Below, one piece after another: positions 11,001 to 20,785 of a stretch of DNA of 64,000 nt. Below the pieces are notes generated by a model. That model made no database searches. It was not told the origin of the DNA and saw only the letters and a program-made list of their open reading frames with translations. The position numbers and the translations under genes were made by a program. Each line of letters starts with the position of its first letter. Position 1 is the stretch's first letter. Location of the stretch: IMG/VR virus record IMGVR_UViG_3300028805_000081, positions 1 through 64,000 of that record; one strand, given 5' to 3'. Origin of the DNA: a virus. Lineage: Duplodnaviria; Caudoviricetes.

Positions 11001-11752
11001 GATGCCTGTGCGCCATTAAGAGTAGTAAGATATGCCGCAAAAGTCGGGTTAGATGTTGCCATCTGATTAATGAATTGTCTTTGAGCTTCTGCTCCTTGTG
11101 CGATAGTGGCGTTATAAGCAGCCACAAGATTCTTTGTTTTGCCCAAATTCTGAATGCTAAAGAATCCGCCACCAGCACCACCAATAATACCGGAGATTAC
11201 AGGGATGAGTGTCTTTAATCCGTTTCCGCTTGCTGTAAGTTTGTCTATCGCTTCAGATAAGTTAATTACAAAGTCAAGTACAGCTTTATAATCATCTGAG
11301 TTAAGTATATTTGACGATACACTTTGGAATATAGCAGCTATCTTTTGCTGTTTTGCAATGATAGAGTCTTGCCATGCTTCCTGTTCCGCCATTGCTGAAC
11401 CGGTTGCGTTAGAAGTAGCTTCGATTACTCTTTCTGCATCTTCAAAATTAGTCATAATTGCAGAGAACACGTTTGCCTGTCTCGCACCGGCAAGAAGTTT
11501 TTCTATCGCAGCCTGTTCGTTTACTGTGAGTTCATTCCAAACATGAGATAACTCTCTTAATATTTGTGTTGTATTTTTGTATTCTCCGTTTGCCTTCTGA
11601 ATATCTACCGGGGCAGAAGTTTTTGAAGTGAGTCCTAATACCTGATTTCTGTAGTCAGATATGGTTTCAGCTGCATATTCAGCTTCTTCGCCCATTTCTT
11701 CAAGTTCTGCCTTAGTTGACATAAGACGGAGAGAAATTGTTTTTAATGCTAT
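8027..11752 (-). CDS. tail tape measure protein, exon 3 (spliced product predicted 1940 aa)
   Basis: Begins IALKTISLRL immediately after the intron terminal G at 11753; long coiled-coil with hydrophobic segments. Confidence 0.9.
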   Translation of the reverse strand: MALKTISLRLMSTKAELEEMGEEAEYAAETISDYRNQVLGLTSKTSAPVDIQKANGEYKNTTQILRELSHVWNELTVNEQAAIEKLLAGARQANVFSAIMTNFEDAERVIEATSNATGSAMAEQEAWQDSIIAKQQKIAAIFQSVSSNILNSDDYKAVLDFVINLSEAIDKLTASGNGLKTLIPVISGIIGGAGGGFFSIQNLGKTKNLVAAYNATIAQGAEAQRQFINQMATSNPTFAAYLTTLNGAQASTRGFANAQRAATASTIALNAATVALNAVINAGIGLVISLVVTGISKLVNASKELTQSLKDNSQQLENNVADFKTYTEQIDQIIDSEQSEYDKINSLNEIKDELNKKYGLEIENIRDLTTARKDLNDAIEKESINERSIYLNDAQNRKAYEEAKKELNDNWVVTGWSGIKDAFAGNKQSIGEFSIRVDTQDKDVISKDIQELFDSAGITSENGKYQFKLGIDPNSYRDEIQYFDILEKKYLEFADIRATRVGGLSDEEEALFNLVSKQYSILETKNKDYIDNVKSYSKAQAEQYIALFEQGSLSNSDYFDKLAQFANGDIYVLDALKELIFVTESAKDNVEELVDPLAEVLGNLQLIGNATSEMTVKINNANESFEKLEKTFQTNNDPDKYFSASEIIELLDLYPQLNDAILESQYGYKIEEEALENLRKAKLEEQKTSLQAQLEETNTLMQATKEKLAAYSDELASIKTVAQAKIELAQLDARLEQARKTNTTDPYQVSTKYLEGQQKAIQEYIDASEKAKKYEEQIKKLQVQINVLGQVHDSAKDKTQDHTKALQDQKNAIKDLSDQMKDAKKDIEDLIDLTMDMLKRQKNDRKNELKENLEGYKKLIERRKQLIDLEKDQYNFEKNLNEKNKNILNIEQEIAALSIEGANYSLEDMKRKAELEQKLKEKQAEQTDFLLEHETDLRKDALSKQQEDYESQIEAQIKVIDDYLDHEGKIREDAINLINGKSQQFYNDLLAYTMNYTKKSRAEFDNLWNSAYLAIERYANGQLNVDLALSNLIAQMAVAEQQTKDLENAMNSLKNATSSYTTSATNDMANFNKVLNETKANMQALTNTSWSTVGQDPRYYDTGYTNLYNSKASSVTVTAEQKKNMPHWRTPKYHNGGIVEGVAQNPHGEVLAKLLKGEVVATAEQARNFMENTLPKLTANAPVTNNSVAPVINMGDIVINGDADSSTVDKLKAVRESIVNDVFKVVNQQTNIYNGRTLRSV

Positions 11753-12946
11753 CAATCTGTTGCTTTTATGACCTATTATTAATCAATAGGCGGCAAGGAA
11801 TTTCTTCCTTACTCTGCAATTTTATATATAGTTGCAGTTCAGATCATACCTTTCACCTTGTCATCACGACAATGCTTATTCTGCATACGCTTAACATTAC
11901 TGTTAAACTGTGATCGTTACGGGATTCTATATCAATTTAATATAAAGAATTAATTATTTCGTCTTTTAATATTATTTCGTTGTCTTTAAGGGTATAGTTG
12001 TAAGAATGATAATTTGATAAAGCGCCATTATTTTCAATGTATAATTGAATTAACTTTTTACATAAATCAAAATTATTTATAATATCGTACTCCCACAAAT
12101 ACAATACCTCAATATTTAAATAGTTTTTGATATATGTATGTTTGCGTCTATCGGCATCTATTCTATGCTTTTGTATTTTATTGGGTTCATTTTTATTGAT
12201 TTTAGGATTAGAAATATTATAATGCCAATAATCTCCCATGACTTCGATAATCAAATTATAATCATCTAAATAATTATCAACAGAATAATACTTAACACAA
12301 TATTCATTCTGATAGTTTATTTTCATTGAAGATAAACATTCATTAACTATAATTTGTGGGCGAGTATTGCATTTTCCGAGTTGCATTTTAGTAGTTTCCG
12401 CACCTCTTATTCTTGATTTTTCTTTCCATTCTTCGTCTTGTGAAAATACTTCTCTATGCCAATCTTTTCTACATTGAGCACTACAAAAATGATGTTCATA
12501 TTTATCAAGATTATATTTATGTATTTCAAATAACTCTCCACAATAATCACATGGGATAGTTTTCCCTTGAAATTTAGGATTTTTAAATCCTGTATTGGTT
12601 TTCTGCCATCCCCATTGACATTCCACACTACAAAATCTTTTTGGACTTCCGGGTTTACAAGAATACCATTCATGACAAAATTCACATTGTCTTATCTCAG
12701 TAAACATAAACTTCTTCAATTCTGAAGCACATTCGGCACTACAAGTATATGTTTTCTGTTTCTTAATTCTTGATTGAATCATGTACATTAATTTTCCACA
12801 CCATTGACAACGAATATATTTACCAGTTTTATGCATTTATTAATTCTTCCTTTATTTTTTTTATTTGATATAGTCTTACCCACGGTATTGACCATTTTCA
12901 GGCTGTTCACCGTTTTGAGCAGAATTTAACGTAAGCCTTATTAAAA
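11753..12946 (-). mobile_element. group I intron (TMP intron 2, 1194 nt) containing an endonuclease ORF
   Basis: 5' exon ends in U; P1 CGUAGGU/GCUUACG with U-G at the splice site; P10 UUUUAAU/AUUAAAA; P3 UUCUGC/GCAGAA; P7 GAUCA/UGAUC; terminal G; removal restores the frame (QNPQTVG|IALKTISLR). Confidence 0.9.
11937..12836 (-). CDS. intron-encoded homing endonuclease: N-terminal Zn-finger repeats plus Vsr/DUF559-like (EDxHD-type) nuclease domain
   Basis: Three CxxC...CSxxC units, then YSVDNYL...IIEVMGDYWH...DADRRK...LYLWEYDI. Confidence 0.8.
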   Translation of the reverse strand: MHKTGKYIRCQWCGKLMYMIQSRIKKQKTYTCSAECASELKKFMFTEIRQCEFCHEWYSCKPGSPKRFCSVECQWGWQKTNTGFKNPKFQGKTIPCDYCGELFEIHKYNLDKYEHHFCSAQCRKDWHREVFSQDEEWKEKSRIRGAETTKMQLGKCNTRPQIIVNECLSSMKINYQNEYCVKYYSVDNYLDDYNLIIEVMGDYWHYNISNPKINKNEPNKIQKHRIDADRRKHTYIKNYLNIEVLYLWEYDIINNFDLCKKLIQLYIENNGALSNYHSYNYTLKDNEIILKDEIINSLY

Positions 12947-13093
12947 ACCTACGGTTTGAGGGTTTTGCAAAACGTCGTTGGCTGATACAATAAGTCCAAT
13001 AGACTCTGATAAGCTGTTGTTCGCAGTAGCTAAACTGGAGGCTGAACGCTGAAGTGCTTCACCTACGCCCTCCGCTGAAATGCTAAAATTGTT
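12947..13093 (-). CDS. tail tape measure protein, exon 2 (147 nt, 49 aa; not in ORF track)
   Basis: Translates to NNFSISAEGVGEALQRSASSLATANNSLSESIGLIVSANDVLQNPQTVG, a TP901-type tape measure core segment. Confidence 0.9.
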
Positions 13094-13420
13094 CTTAAAC
13101 TGTTACTTTTTGTCTAATAATAGACATACTGACCATACATAAAATATGGCGGATAGGTATTTCTGCCTATCTCTCACGTTTCATTGTTAAGATTATAGCG
13201 TGAGGTCGGACTGTATATTATACCCTCTTGTCTATATAAAATAGAGTAGGGCAGATAGATTCGGGGCATATGTTGCCACACACCCCACCGCAGTCTCTAC
13301 AATCAGATTACTTTTTATATTTCATAAATAATCTAATCTCGGTCTGAATTATCTCTAACCTTTAACCGATTTATCTATCTACTTATCAACATATTACTAT
13401 GCTGAATCGGCAACAATTCT
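13094..13420 (-). mobile_element. group I intron (TMP intron 1, 327 nt, ORF-less)
   Basis: P1 GUCGGU/GCCGAU with U-G; 9-bp P10 AGAAUUGUU/AACAAUUUU; P3 AGAUAGA/UCUAUCU; P7 GACUG/CAGUC; terminal G; restores DKFNLVG|NNFSIS. Confidence 0.92.
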
Positions 13421-15370
13421 ACCGACTAAGTTAAATTTATCCACTATCTCCATAACGTTTTCAGCTTCAATACCAAACGCCTTCATGGTAGAAATAATGG
13501 ACTGGCTTGCTTCTTCCGCACTCGAAATTTCACCAACATTCTGATAAATTACAGATGCTTTAGCTAATTCCTGTGCTTCATTGATGTTATATCCCAGCTT
13601 TGCGTATTCAGCTGTTGCTTCAATAATATTAGTTATCTCAGTATGAAGTTCCTTTGCAGTAGCCGTGGCATTTTTGAATACATCTTCATAAGTTGCCTCA
13701 GATTCATCAGTAACCTTTCTGAGATTTACCATTGCTGTGTCAAGATCCCGGACGTTCTCTAACAGTTCTCTAAATCCACGGCTGAGTGCCATGAACATAG
13801 ATGTGATACCAGTGAATCGTAATACTCGACCAAAGGTTTCCTTCATTCTCTCACCAAAGGTCTTACCCGCTAACCCAGCATCCTGAACCGCTATCTTTAA
13901 TGATCTAAACTCATTCTGAAGTCTGCGTAAATCATTAACATTGGTAGCATTAGCAATGCCATCACGTAACAACTGAAACTGAACTGTATATGTCTGTGCA
14001 GCTCTTGTATTAGCATTAGCAAACGCTTCAACCTGTTGCTGTAAAATTCTCAGCCTTTGTGTGAACTGTTCATCTCTTGACATAGTTCTCAGCTGAGTCT
14101 GTAATTGCTGTGCATTGTTTGTCAAGACTTTAAGCTTGTCATTAAATGCATCAAGCTCCTGATTGGATTTTACGCCCTCAAGACTACTTCTAAGACCGTC
14201 AACCTTAGTCTTAAAATCTCCGGTATATACTCCGGCTTGTTTCCATCTTTCAATAAGAAGATCAATTTTACTCCGGGCAGTATCTACATTCCGGGCAAGT
14301 GTGGCAGCCGACTCATCACGATCAATATTATTACCCGATTCTTTACGTAAAAGTTTCAGTTCAGATTGTAACTCTTTTACTTTGATCAAAAAATCATTAT
14401 ACTGTTCAGTAGGAACGATTTTACCACTCTGATTGTCAGCTACCATCTGATCCATGATGCTCTTGATGTCGTTATACTTATCAACTACACCTTGTAACTT
14501 ATCAGACTCGCCAACAAACATCTTTGATTCCGGATTAAGACTAAGCTGATTAATCTCATTAAGAGTTATCTTATATCTTTCAAGTGATACCCTTTGTGAT
14601 TCAAGCTGTTTAGTAGTCTGTTCAAAAGAATTTGCTCTTACATTACCGCCAGTATATTTGAAAAACTCCTGAATTACATTACCTTCATCGTCTTTTATCT
14701 TGACAAGATTGTAATGAAGTTTCTGTAACTGATCATTAGCATCCTTGATTTCAGCTGTGAACCCGGTAATCTCATTATTCTTATTGAAAGTATAATTAAT
14801 AGTCGGATTACCAGTCTTACCAAGTACAGATGCCTGATAATCTGCTAAGAAATCCTGTCTTGTATCATATGTTGATTTAAGTGAACCCCATCCTTCGACA
14901 ACATGATTAAGAGTTTTGCCCATTGCCTGAAGTTGAGCATCGACAGCTCTTATTTCTTCAACATCTCTTTCGACAGATGACTTCAGAATAAATCCTTCAG
15001 TATTATCAGTAAACTTTGCTCTGTCAAAATTAAGAGTTTTAATAGCTTCTCCGGCTTCAGCAATTCTCGCCTTGAATTTAGAAAGTCCCTCGTTATCAAA
15101 TATTTCATCAATTTTAATATCAAGATTCTTTGTGCCAGTAGGATCAAACATCTTCATAAGCTGACTCTTAATGTCATTTGCACTTTCAAGATATTTACGT
15201 CCCTGTGCTTCAAGATCTGCTTTATCAAATATAGTTATCTGCCCGGCTTTACCTTTATTATTGACATTTACAGAACCACTGATATTATCTAACGCACTCT
15301 GAACATTCTTTTTGGTTTCCTTTTCGTCAAGTCTGCCTACCAAGGTCAAAATAAAATTTTCGTCTGCCAT
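13421..15370 (-). CDS. tail tape measure protein, exon 1 (650 codons)
   Basis: LDTAMVNLRKVTD, YAKLGY and IISTMKAFGIEA...IVDKFN motifs; the ORF reads 7 codons into the intron before stopping. Confidence 0.9.
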
Positions 15371-15383
15371 TTACTCACCACCT

Positions 15384-15866
15384 TTATAACAATGTCCAGC
15401 CATTTTTGGCTTCGCATTTACATCCCGTTTTATGTTCTATATTCTTTGCAAAATCTCTCATAACAGCATCGTTCCAAGTAACAACTAATGCATCGTCCCA
15501 AAAGTGATTATTTGATTGATAACCTATGGTTTCGACACCGTGTTCACCACGATTGGCAGCAACTACAACTTCATAGCCATTGCCTTGAAACTGCATATCT
15601 TCACCATAATCATATACATACGTCATGCTCTCATAATCAACAGCAACCGAGCTAAAATATGTACCACCTATAAGTTGCACTTCTTCAGTGACAACAGAAT
15701 TCCGGAACTGATTTGTTCTGTTATAACGTTTTGGATTAAACTCATCATAGTAAGTCCGGATTGTACCTTTTACTTCATTTGTAGCAAACTTAGTAATATC
15801 CTTCATCCCGTCCTTAACGAGTTTATTTAGCTTTTTGTTTAGATTTGCGTATGTTCTTATTCCCAT
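15384..15866 (-). CDS. putative neck/tail-completion protein (HK97 gp10-like)
   Basis: YYDEFNPKRYNRTNQFRNS motif; start reassigned to the ATG at 15866 behind GTGAGG. Confidence 0.55.
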   Translation of the reverse strand: MGIRTYANLNKKLNKLVKDGMKDITKFATNEVKGTIRTYYDEFNPKRYNRTNQFRNSVVTEEVQLIGGTYFSSVAVDYESMTYVYDYGEDMQFQGNGYEVVVAANRGEHGVETIGYQSNNHFWDDALVVTWNDAVMRDFAKNIEHKTGCKCEAKNGWTLL

Positions 15867-16347
15867 TGTCCTCACTATCCTTTTCCAACTGTTCGCCAGC
15901 CTTTGCGAGAACCTCCATAGCCTTTGTAATTCCCTTATCTTCAATCCAAGTATTGAGTTTATCAAGAAGTGTACCGAGATAAACGTCTGTAATAGAATAC
16001 ACTGATTTCTGAAGTGAAAGATCTTTTAAGTAACCAACCTTGTTATATACCGCAGCCACTAAAGCACTGAAGTCCGGGTTTCCGTCAATCTCCATCTTCT
16101 CATCTAAGTTGAGTTTATCAAATTCCTTCTCAATATTTTCAAAGAATCCAAGACTGAAGATGTCTGTTTCGAGATCATAATTTTCCTCAAACTCAGCCTT
16201 AAGAATGTACTTAGCGTAGTAGTATTTGTACAGAAAATCTTCTCTTTCCGGGTGATATTCCCACTGACCGAGAGCGTTTACAAATATGATCTGATTTGTA
16301 ATCACGTCTACAGCCTTTTCAAACTCTTGTAAAGTAAAATATTTCAT
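15823..16347 (-). CDS. hypothetical protein (tail module)
   Basis: 174-aa ORF with AGGAG RBS, in the operon. Confidence 0.65.
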   Translation of the reverse strand: MKYFTLQEFEKAVDVITNQIIFVNALGQWEYHPEREDFLYKYYYAKYILKAEFEENYDLETDIFSLGFFENIEKEFDKLNLDEKMEIDGNPDFSALVAAVYNKVGYLKDLSLQKSVYSITDVYLGTLLDKLNTWIEDKGITKAMEVLAKAGEQLEKDSEDNGNKNIRKSKQKAK

Positions 16348-16365
16348 TATATTTTCTCCTATATA

Positions 16366-16932
16366 TTATCGAATTTTGCAGTCTACAAACATATCAATGA
16401 GATTATCTACTGCATAATCGTAGTTTACACGTTTGATTGTTTGCGGAATGTGTATGCCTGAGTTTTCAATTACGTCCTGTTCATTGAACGACTTCTTATT
16501 AGTCCTTTCAGTGAACTTCAGAAAATTCTTTATCTCCCAAAAGTATGTATGGTTAGTAGTTTCTCTGAAATTAATCACAAGACCGGCTACAATTCCTTCA
16601 TGATCATTAGCTTCCTTTAATCCAAGAATCTGATGTTTCTTTATCATAGATTCATTTGCAGCTCTCAGATTTGTAAGCTCAATTTTTTCACTCCAAAACG
16701 ACAGGGAAGTGTGTTTAGTAGATTTTAATTCAAAACAGAATAACGTTCCGTCTACATAAACGAGGCAGTCATAAGGATTATCCGGAGTGAATTTAATATC
16801 CGTTGCATTACAAAAACTGCTTGCACTGTCCTTTAATCGTACATAGTAATATCCACGGCTTTTTATACTGTCTTTGAAATTCTTCTCAAAGATTTTGCCC
16901 GGATTCAGACTCATCTCAATTTCTCCCTTCAC
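16366..16932 (-). CDS. recU: RecU-like Holliday junction resolvase (PD-(D/E)xK)
   Basis: GKIFEKNF...PYDCLV...CFELKST...IKKHQI..L; start probably 16914. Confidence 0.75.
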   Translation of the reverse strand: MKGEIEMSLNPGKIFEKNFKDSIKSRGYYYVRLKDSASSFCNATDIKFTPDNPYDCLVYVDGTLFCFELKSTKHTSLSFWSEKIELTNLRAANESMIKKHQILGLKEANDHEGIVAGLVINFRETTNHTYFWEIKNFLKFTERTNKKSFNEQDVIENSGIHIPQTIKRVNYDYAVDNLIDMFVDCKIR

Positions 16933-16933
16933 G

Positions 16934-16972
16934 AAAAAGAAAGGGGCAAGAACATTACATCCTTACCCCTTA
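16934..16972 (-). terminator. putative intrinsic terminator
   Basis: Minus strand AAGGGGTAAGGA-loop-TTCTTGCCCCTT then TCTTTTT. Confidence 0.6.
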
Positions 16973-16978
16973 TCATAT

Positions 16979-17299
16979 TTATTTTTTGAACCCTTTATTT
17001 TTGTTAGTGATCTTAGGTTCTTCATCACTTTTTTCTTCAACTTCACCTTTAGCATAAGCATCAAGGATCAATTTCTTTACGTCATCAAGATAATCTTCTG
17101 CCTTGTCTTTTGTGATACCATATCCTTTAAACTTAGATACAGCCTTTTCAGCATCAATGATCTTGTCACGATATTCAATAACTGTCAGCCATGCAGCATA
17201 GCAAGTTGGCGTATCAACTATATCCTTGTAACTTGCACTCGGCTCACAGTCAGGGCAATATTTATACGCTTTGCCACATACTATACAGTCTTTAGTCAT
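16979..17299 (-). CDS. small Zn-finger protein downstream of major tail gene
   Basis: CIVCGKAYKYCPDC motif. Confidence 0.65.
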   Translation of the reverse strand: MTKDCIVCGKAYKYCPDCEPSASYKDIVDTPTCYAAWLTVIEYRDKIIDAEKAVSKFKGYGITKDKAEDYLDDVKKLILDAYAKGEVEEKSDEEPKITNKNKGFKK

Positions 17300-17314
17300 T
17301 ACTACACCTTCTTA

Positions 17315-18136
17315 TTAGGTCGATGGGTTCTCCGGTACAAATACCTTAAAGAGTACGTCATCTGTTGCGCAATACTTCTTGTTTGCAGAAAGTGAGTAGC
17401 TATATGTTGAGTCAAACTGAAGTCCGATTTCACAGTCAGGTGAGATCTGTGCTGATGGGAACTCAATTACACCGCTATACTTAACTTCCTCATTGCATAC
17501 GTCCTTGAAAATAACAAAGAGTCTAAAGAGTCCAGCGTCTGTATTAGCTGCCGCTGTGTTAGTTACTGATGCACCATCTTCAACATTAGAATCGTAATAT
17601 ACAACAATTACAGAATCCTTAGTGAAAAGACCTGTACCTGTAGGAAGTGTAATAACCTTGCCTGAAATAGAGAACTTATCATCTGATGCTGTAGCTGCTA
17701 CACTATATCTTGTACCGAGTGAACGGTCGCTGTTCATAACATAAATATACTTAACTTCTGAACCTGAAGTACCTACTGGTGTACGTGAAAGTGTTACAGT
17801 AGTGTTAACTGTACCGGATGCTTCACCAACAGTAAGTTCCTCTCTGAAAGCAGTCTTAATTGGTGCTGCATTTGATGCAGATACTACGTCTGTACCTGAC
17901 TGAGCTGCGATAAGACCAAGTGAGAAGAAAGCAGATTCAAATGATACTTCAGCCTGTTTACCCTGATAAAGCTTAGAAATAACATTCTGCATAGCATCAA
18001 GCTTATCTGTTGATGTTGATGTTACATTAATTGTTGCATTTGAAACGTCAGCAGCAGTCCATCTGATTGAACCGTCTGAGTTAAACATTGCAGCTTCTTT
18101 AACCTTTTCGATTAAAAGATTGTTAATGTTTGCCAT
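17315..18136 (-). CDS. major tail (tube) protein
   Basis: 273 aa, Ser/Thr-rich and beta-rich, located between neck genes and tape measure. Confidence 0.7.
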   Translation of the reverse strand: MANINNLLIEKVKEAAMFNSDGSIRWTAADVSNATINVTSTSTDKLDAMQNVISKLYQGKQAEVSFESAFFSLGLIAAQSGTDVVSASNAAPIKTAFREELTVGEASGTVNTTVTLSRTPVGTSGSEVKYIYVMNSDRSLGTRYSVAATASDDKFSISGKVITLPTGTGLFTKDSVIVVYYDSNVEDGASVTNTAAANTDAGLFRLFVIFKDVCNEEVKYSGVIEFPSAQISPDCEIGLQFDSTYSYSLSANKKYCATDDVLFKVFVPENPST

Positions 18137-18162
18137 AATAATCTCAATCCTTTCTTTAAAAA

Positions 18163-18918
18163 TTAAAATGATCGCATAGGATCAAGTGATTTCTTTACTT
18201 CTTTCTTTTTCAGATCTACCATTCCGGTATAAGCCATGAAAGGTATTTCTTTTGCCGTTTCGATAGCAGATACACGCTTGATAAGATCAAAGAAAAAGTT
18301 TATTCGCATATCCATTACATCATCTACGGTATAACCAAGAGATGCAACAAGATATGATAAATATGCTTTCATTTGCGATTTTTGCTGTTTAGGCTTTAAC
18401 TCTGCCCACTTTTTTCTGTCATGAGCATCATCAATAAGATCCTGATGAGTATAAGCATTACCAGCCTTTACAACATTCTTTTTCAACCCGTGTACAAATC
18501 GAATATAATCAGAAATGTATTGAAATATATTCCTGTCAATCGTGATTTTATCAATAGGATCATACAAGTTTATTTCATGATTGTCCGGGTTTTCAATTAA
18601 TTTAAAATTCTTGATACATAGTGTTGGTAGAAAAATGTGTATCATTTTTTCGCTCATCAATAAGAAGTTCATAATAAACAGGTCAAAGTCAGACACTTCT
18701 TCCCAGTCTAATCCCTTGTCATCCAATTCGGCAATAAGATCACTTGACGTGCTTACAAAAGCAAACACTGTAGTCCAGTAATCTTTCTCACCAATGTCAA
18801 ATAAAACTTCTCTGACGGTAGGGAAATGAACATAAATCTTATCGTTTATCTTATAATCCCCACTCAAATAACACTTAGCATCTTCATCATAATTAATTAA
18901 TGCAGAGGTTGTTATCAA
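18163..18918 (-). CDS. putative tail assembly protein/chaperone
   Basis: Position; PTVREV...Y and VMDMRINFFFDLIKR patterns. Confidence 0.5.
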   Translation of the reverse strand: MITTSALINYDEDAKCYLSGDYKINDKIYVHFPTVREVLFDIGEKDYWTTVFAFVSTSSDLIAELDDKGLDWEEVSDFDLFIMNFLLMSEKMIHIFLPTLCIKNFKLIENPDNHEINLYDPIDKITIDRNIFQYISDYIRFVHGLKKNVVKAGNAYTHQDLIDDAHDRKKWAELKPKQQKSQMKAYLSYLVASLGYTVDDVMDMRINFFFDLIKRVSAIETAKEIPFMAYTGMVDLKKKEVKKSLDPMRSF

Positions 18919-19384
18919 TATCCACTCCCCTGAAAATAACTACTCGCTCACGATAAGTTGTTGATACGTCTGCGGCTGCATTGGCTATAAGTTCAAGTTC
19001 ATTACTGCCATTTATACTTTTGCCGTTATATTTCTTATCAATGATCTCTGCGATGTAGTCCAACCTTGTTTTATAAGTGTTCAGATTTGTAATTCTGTTA
19101 TCGTCCTGATGAGCAATTATTCTGAATGTAATGGTTGGTCTTACATAAATTTTTGAACCATATCTTCTATCGGAGTTTCTGTCAATATTGATTTCAACAC
19201 AGATATATGATTTAACAACATCCTGTCTGTCTATGATATAACGAAACGGATAGAAACGATTGTACATTAATCCATTTTCAATTTCTTCTTCAGATACATT
19301 CATTACCTGTAACAGAAATTCATCATTCTGAAGATCTGAAAGTATTTGGTTCTTCCAATCACTCACACAACTACTGTTAGCCAA
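18893..19384 (-). CDS. putative tail terminator/completion protein
   Basis: FYPFRYI...SYIC...HQD...TRLDYIAEIID; position. Confidence 0.55.
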   Translation of the reverse strand: MANSSCVSDWKNQILSDLQNDEFLLQVMNVSEEEIENGLMYNRFYPFRYIIDRQDVVKSYICVEINIDRNSDRRYGSKIYVRPTITFRIIAHQDDNRITNLNTYKTRLDYIAEIIDKKYNGKSINGSNELELIANAAADVSTTYRERVVIFRGVDIDNNLCIN

Positions 19385-19399
19385 GAATTACACCTTCTT

Positions 19400-20347
19400 T
19401 CACACGTTTGATATTATATCCACATATATAAAGCCTGTGTTTGTACCGTTTGTAAAGTCAAGCTTTACTGTAGTTCCAATCATGTTTGTTTTATTAAGAC
19501 ACTTTAACGTGCACTTGTTGCCGGCAGTCTGAGTAAGTATAATGTTTTCTGCCCCGGAAGCAACTTCAAATGAGAACGTAACATCCTCACTGGCAGTAAA
19601 TGTTTTAGCAGTACCGCCACATCTGATAACAGGATCGCCAACATATGATATAGTAATATCTGATACTGGCGGAACGTCCGGAGTTTTGTAGTCACAAATT
19701 CCAAGTTCAATATTATCAGTAGCTTCATTTAACTGATCCTGAGTTAAAATCAAACTAATGCATCCCACACCATAATAAGATGATGATACCGTATCAACTC
19801 TTGTGAGTCTGTACGGAGTAGGGGACACAGTGTTGTTGTCAATAAAAAATCTCATATCAGCATGAAGTTTAATTGTTTCTTCATTAAGCGGAGCAAATAT
19901 AGCAAACTGGTTAGATCCGATTGTTACTGTCTTTATTGCATATTCACCGGAATTATACTGAGATGCCGTTAAAACTTCACAGTCTGAAGTTACAATATTA
20001 CCGGTTTCATCTTGCCACTTTAATTGCCAGTTGCATCTTTCCATGTATCCACGTGTATAAACATCATCATCTGCATCAGCTCTGAGAATGATATACTTCG
20101 CTTCGTTATACGTTACTATATTGCCAATATCAAAAGACTCTCCCGGAATAGAGCAAATATTCTTTTTGTGCTGCATAGTAGCTGCATAAATGATCAAATT
20201 TCTTGCTACACCATCAATTAAAACATCTTTAAAAGATGGGTTATCCTTTTCAAGTCTTAAAAAATCAGCTTGTGCCTTGTTTATATTTCTTTCTCTCCCA
20301 TTAGCACCGACCTTTGAAATAATTTCATTCCATTGTGACCGTTCCAT
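19400..20347 (-). CDS. head-tail joining protein
   Basis: MERCNWQLKW and ETIKL...RFFI motifs; position after the adaptor gene. Confidence 0.55.
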   Translation of the reverse strand: MERSQWNEIISKVGANGRERNINKAQADFLRLEKDNPSFKDVLIDGVARNLIIYAATMQHKKNICSIPGESFDIGNIVTYNEAKYIILRADADDDVYTRGYMERCNWQLKWQDETGNIVTSDCEVLTASQYNSGEYAIKTVTIGSNQFAIFAPLNEETIKLHADMRFFIDNNTVSPTPYRLTRVDTVSSSYYGVGCISLILTQDQLNEATDNIELGICDYKTPDVPPVSDITISYVGDPVIRCGGTAKTFTASEDVTFSFEVASGAENIILTQTAGNKCTLKCLNKTNMIGTTVKLDFTNGTNTGFIYVDIISNV

Positions 20348-20780
20348 TTACTTTAAAATCCTTTACAGAGTTTGTGTCATATGAATATTCGTTCATAAGT
20401 GATCGGCACTCTTTCGCACACTCTTTGTATGCTTCCTGAACAGCCTTTAAAAGATTTGCTGGGGAGAACAGCGCATAATCTTTTGTTGACAGACCGTTCT
20501 TAAATAAATCACTGTCATTTCTCTTAGTTTTAAGAAATGCATAGCACATCCATTCACCAAGAATATCTATTTCTGTGTCTGACAGATCGACATTAAACTC
20601 TTTATTTACATCATCTCTATCAGACAGATCTTTTTTACAGGTATTACAAAAGCGTGAAATAGCAGTTTTGAGATACCCGTACAGAACAGCCTCTGATGTA
20701 TCCTGACTCAGCTCATAAAGCTGATAATCTCTTGATTTGTCAAAGAATACATCATATATTTTTTCAAAGGTTGTTGCCAT
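20325..20780 (-). CDS. head-tail adaptor protein
   Basis: TTFEKIYDVF...FNVDLSDTEIDIL...KDYALFSPANLL. Confidence 0.6.
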   Translation of the reverse strand: MATTFEKIYDVFFDKSRDYQLYELSQDTSEAVLYGYLKTAISRFCNTCKKDLSDRDDVNKEFNVDLSDTEIDILGEWMCYAFLKTKRNDSDLFKNGLSTKDYALFSPANLLKAVQEAYKECAKECRSLMNEYSYDTNSVKDFKVNGTVTME

Positions 20781-20785
20781 TTTTA

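Noticed and set aside
8027-15370. Two separate tape measure genes or a pseudogene
   Set aside because: Clear group I intron structures restore one continuous frame.
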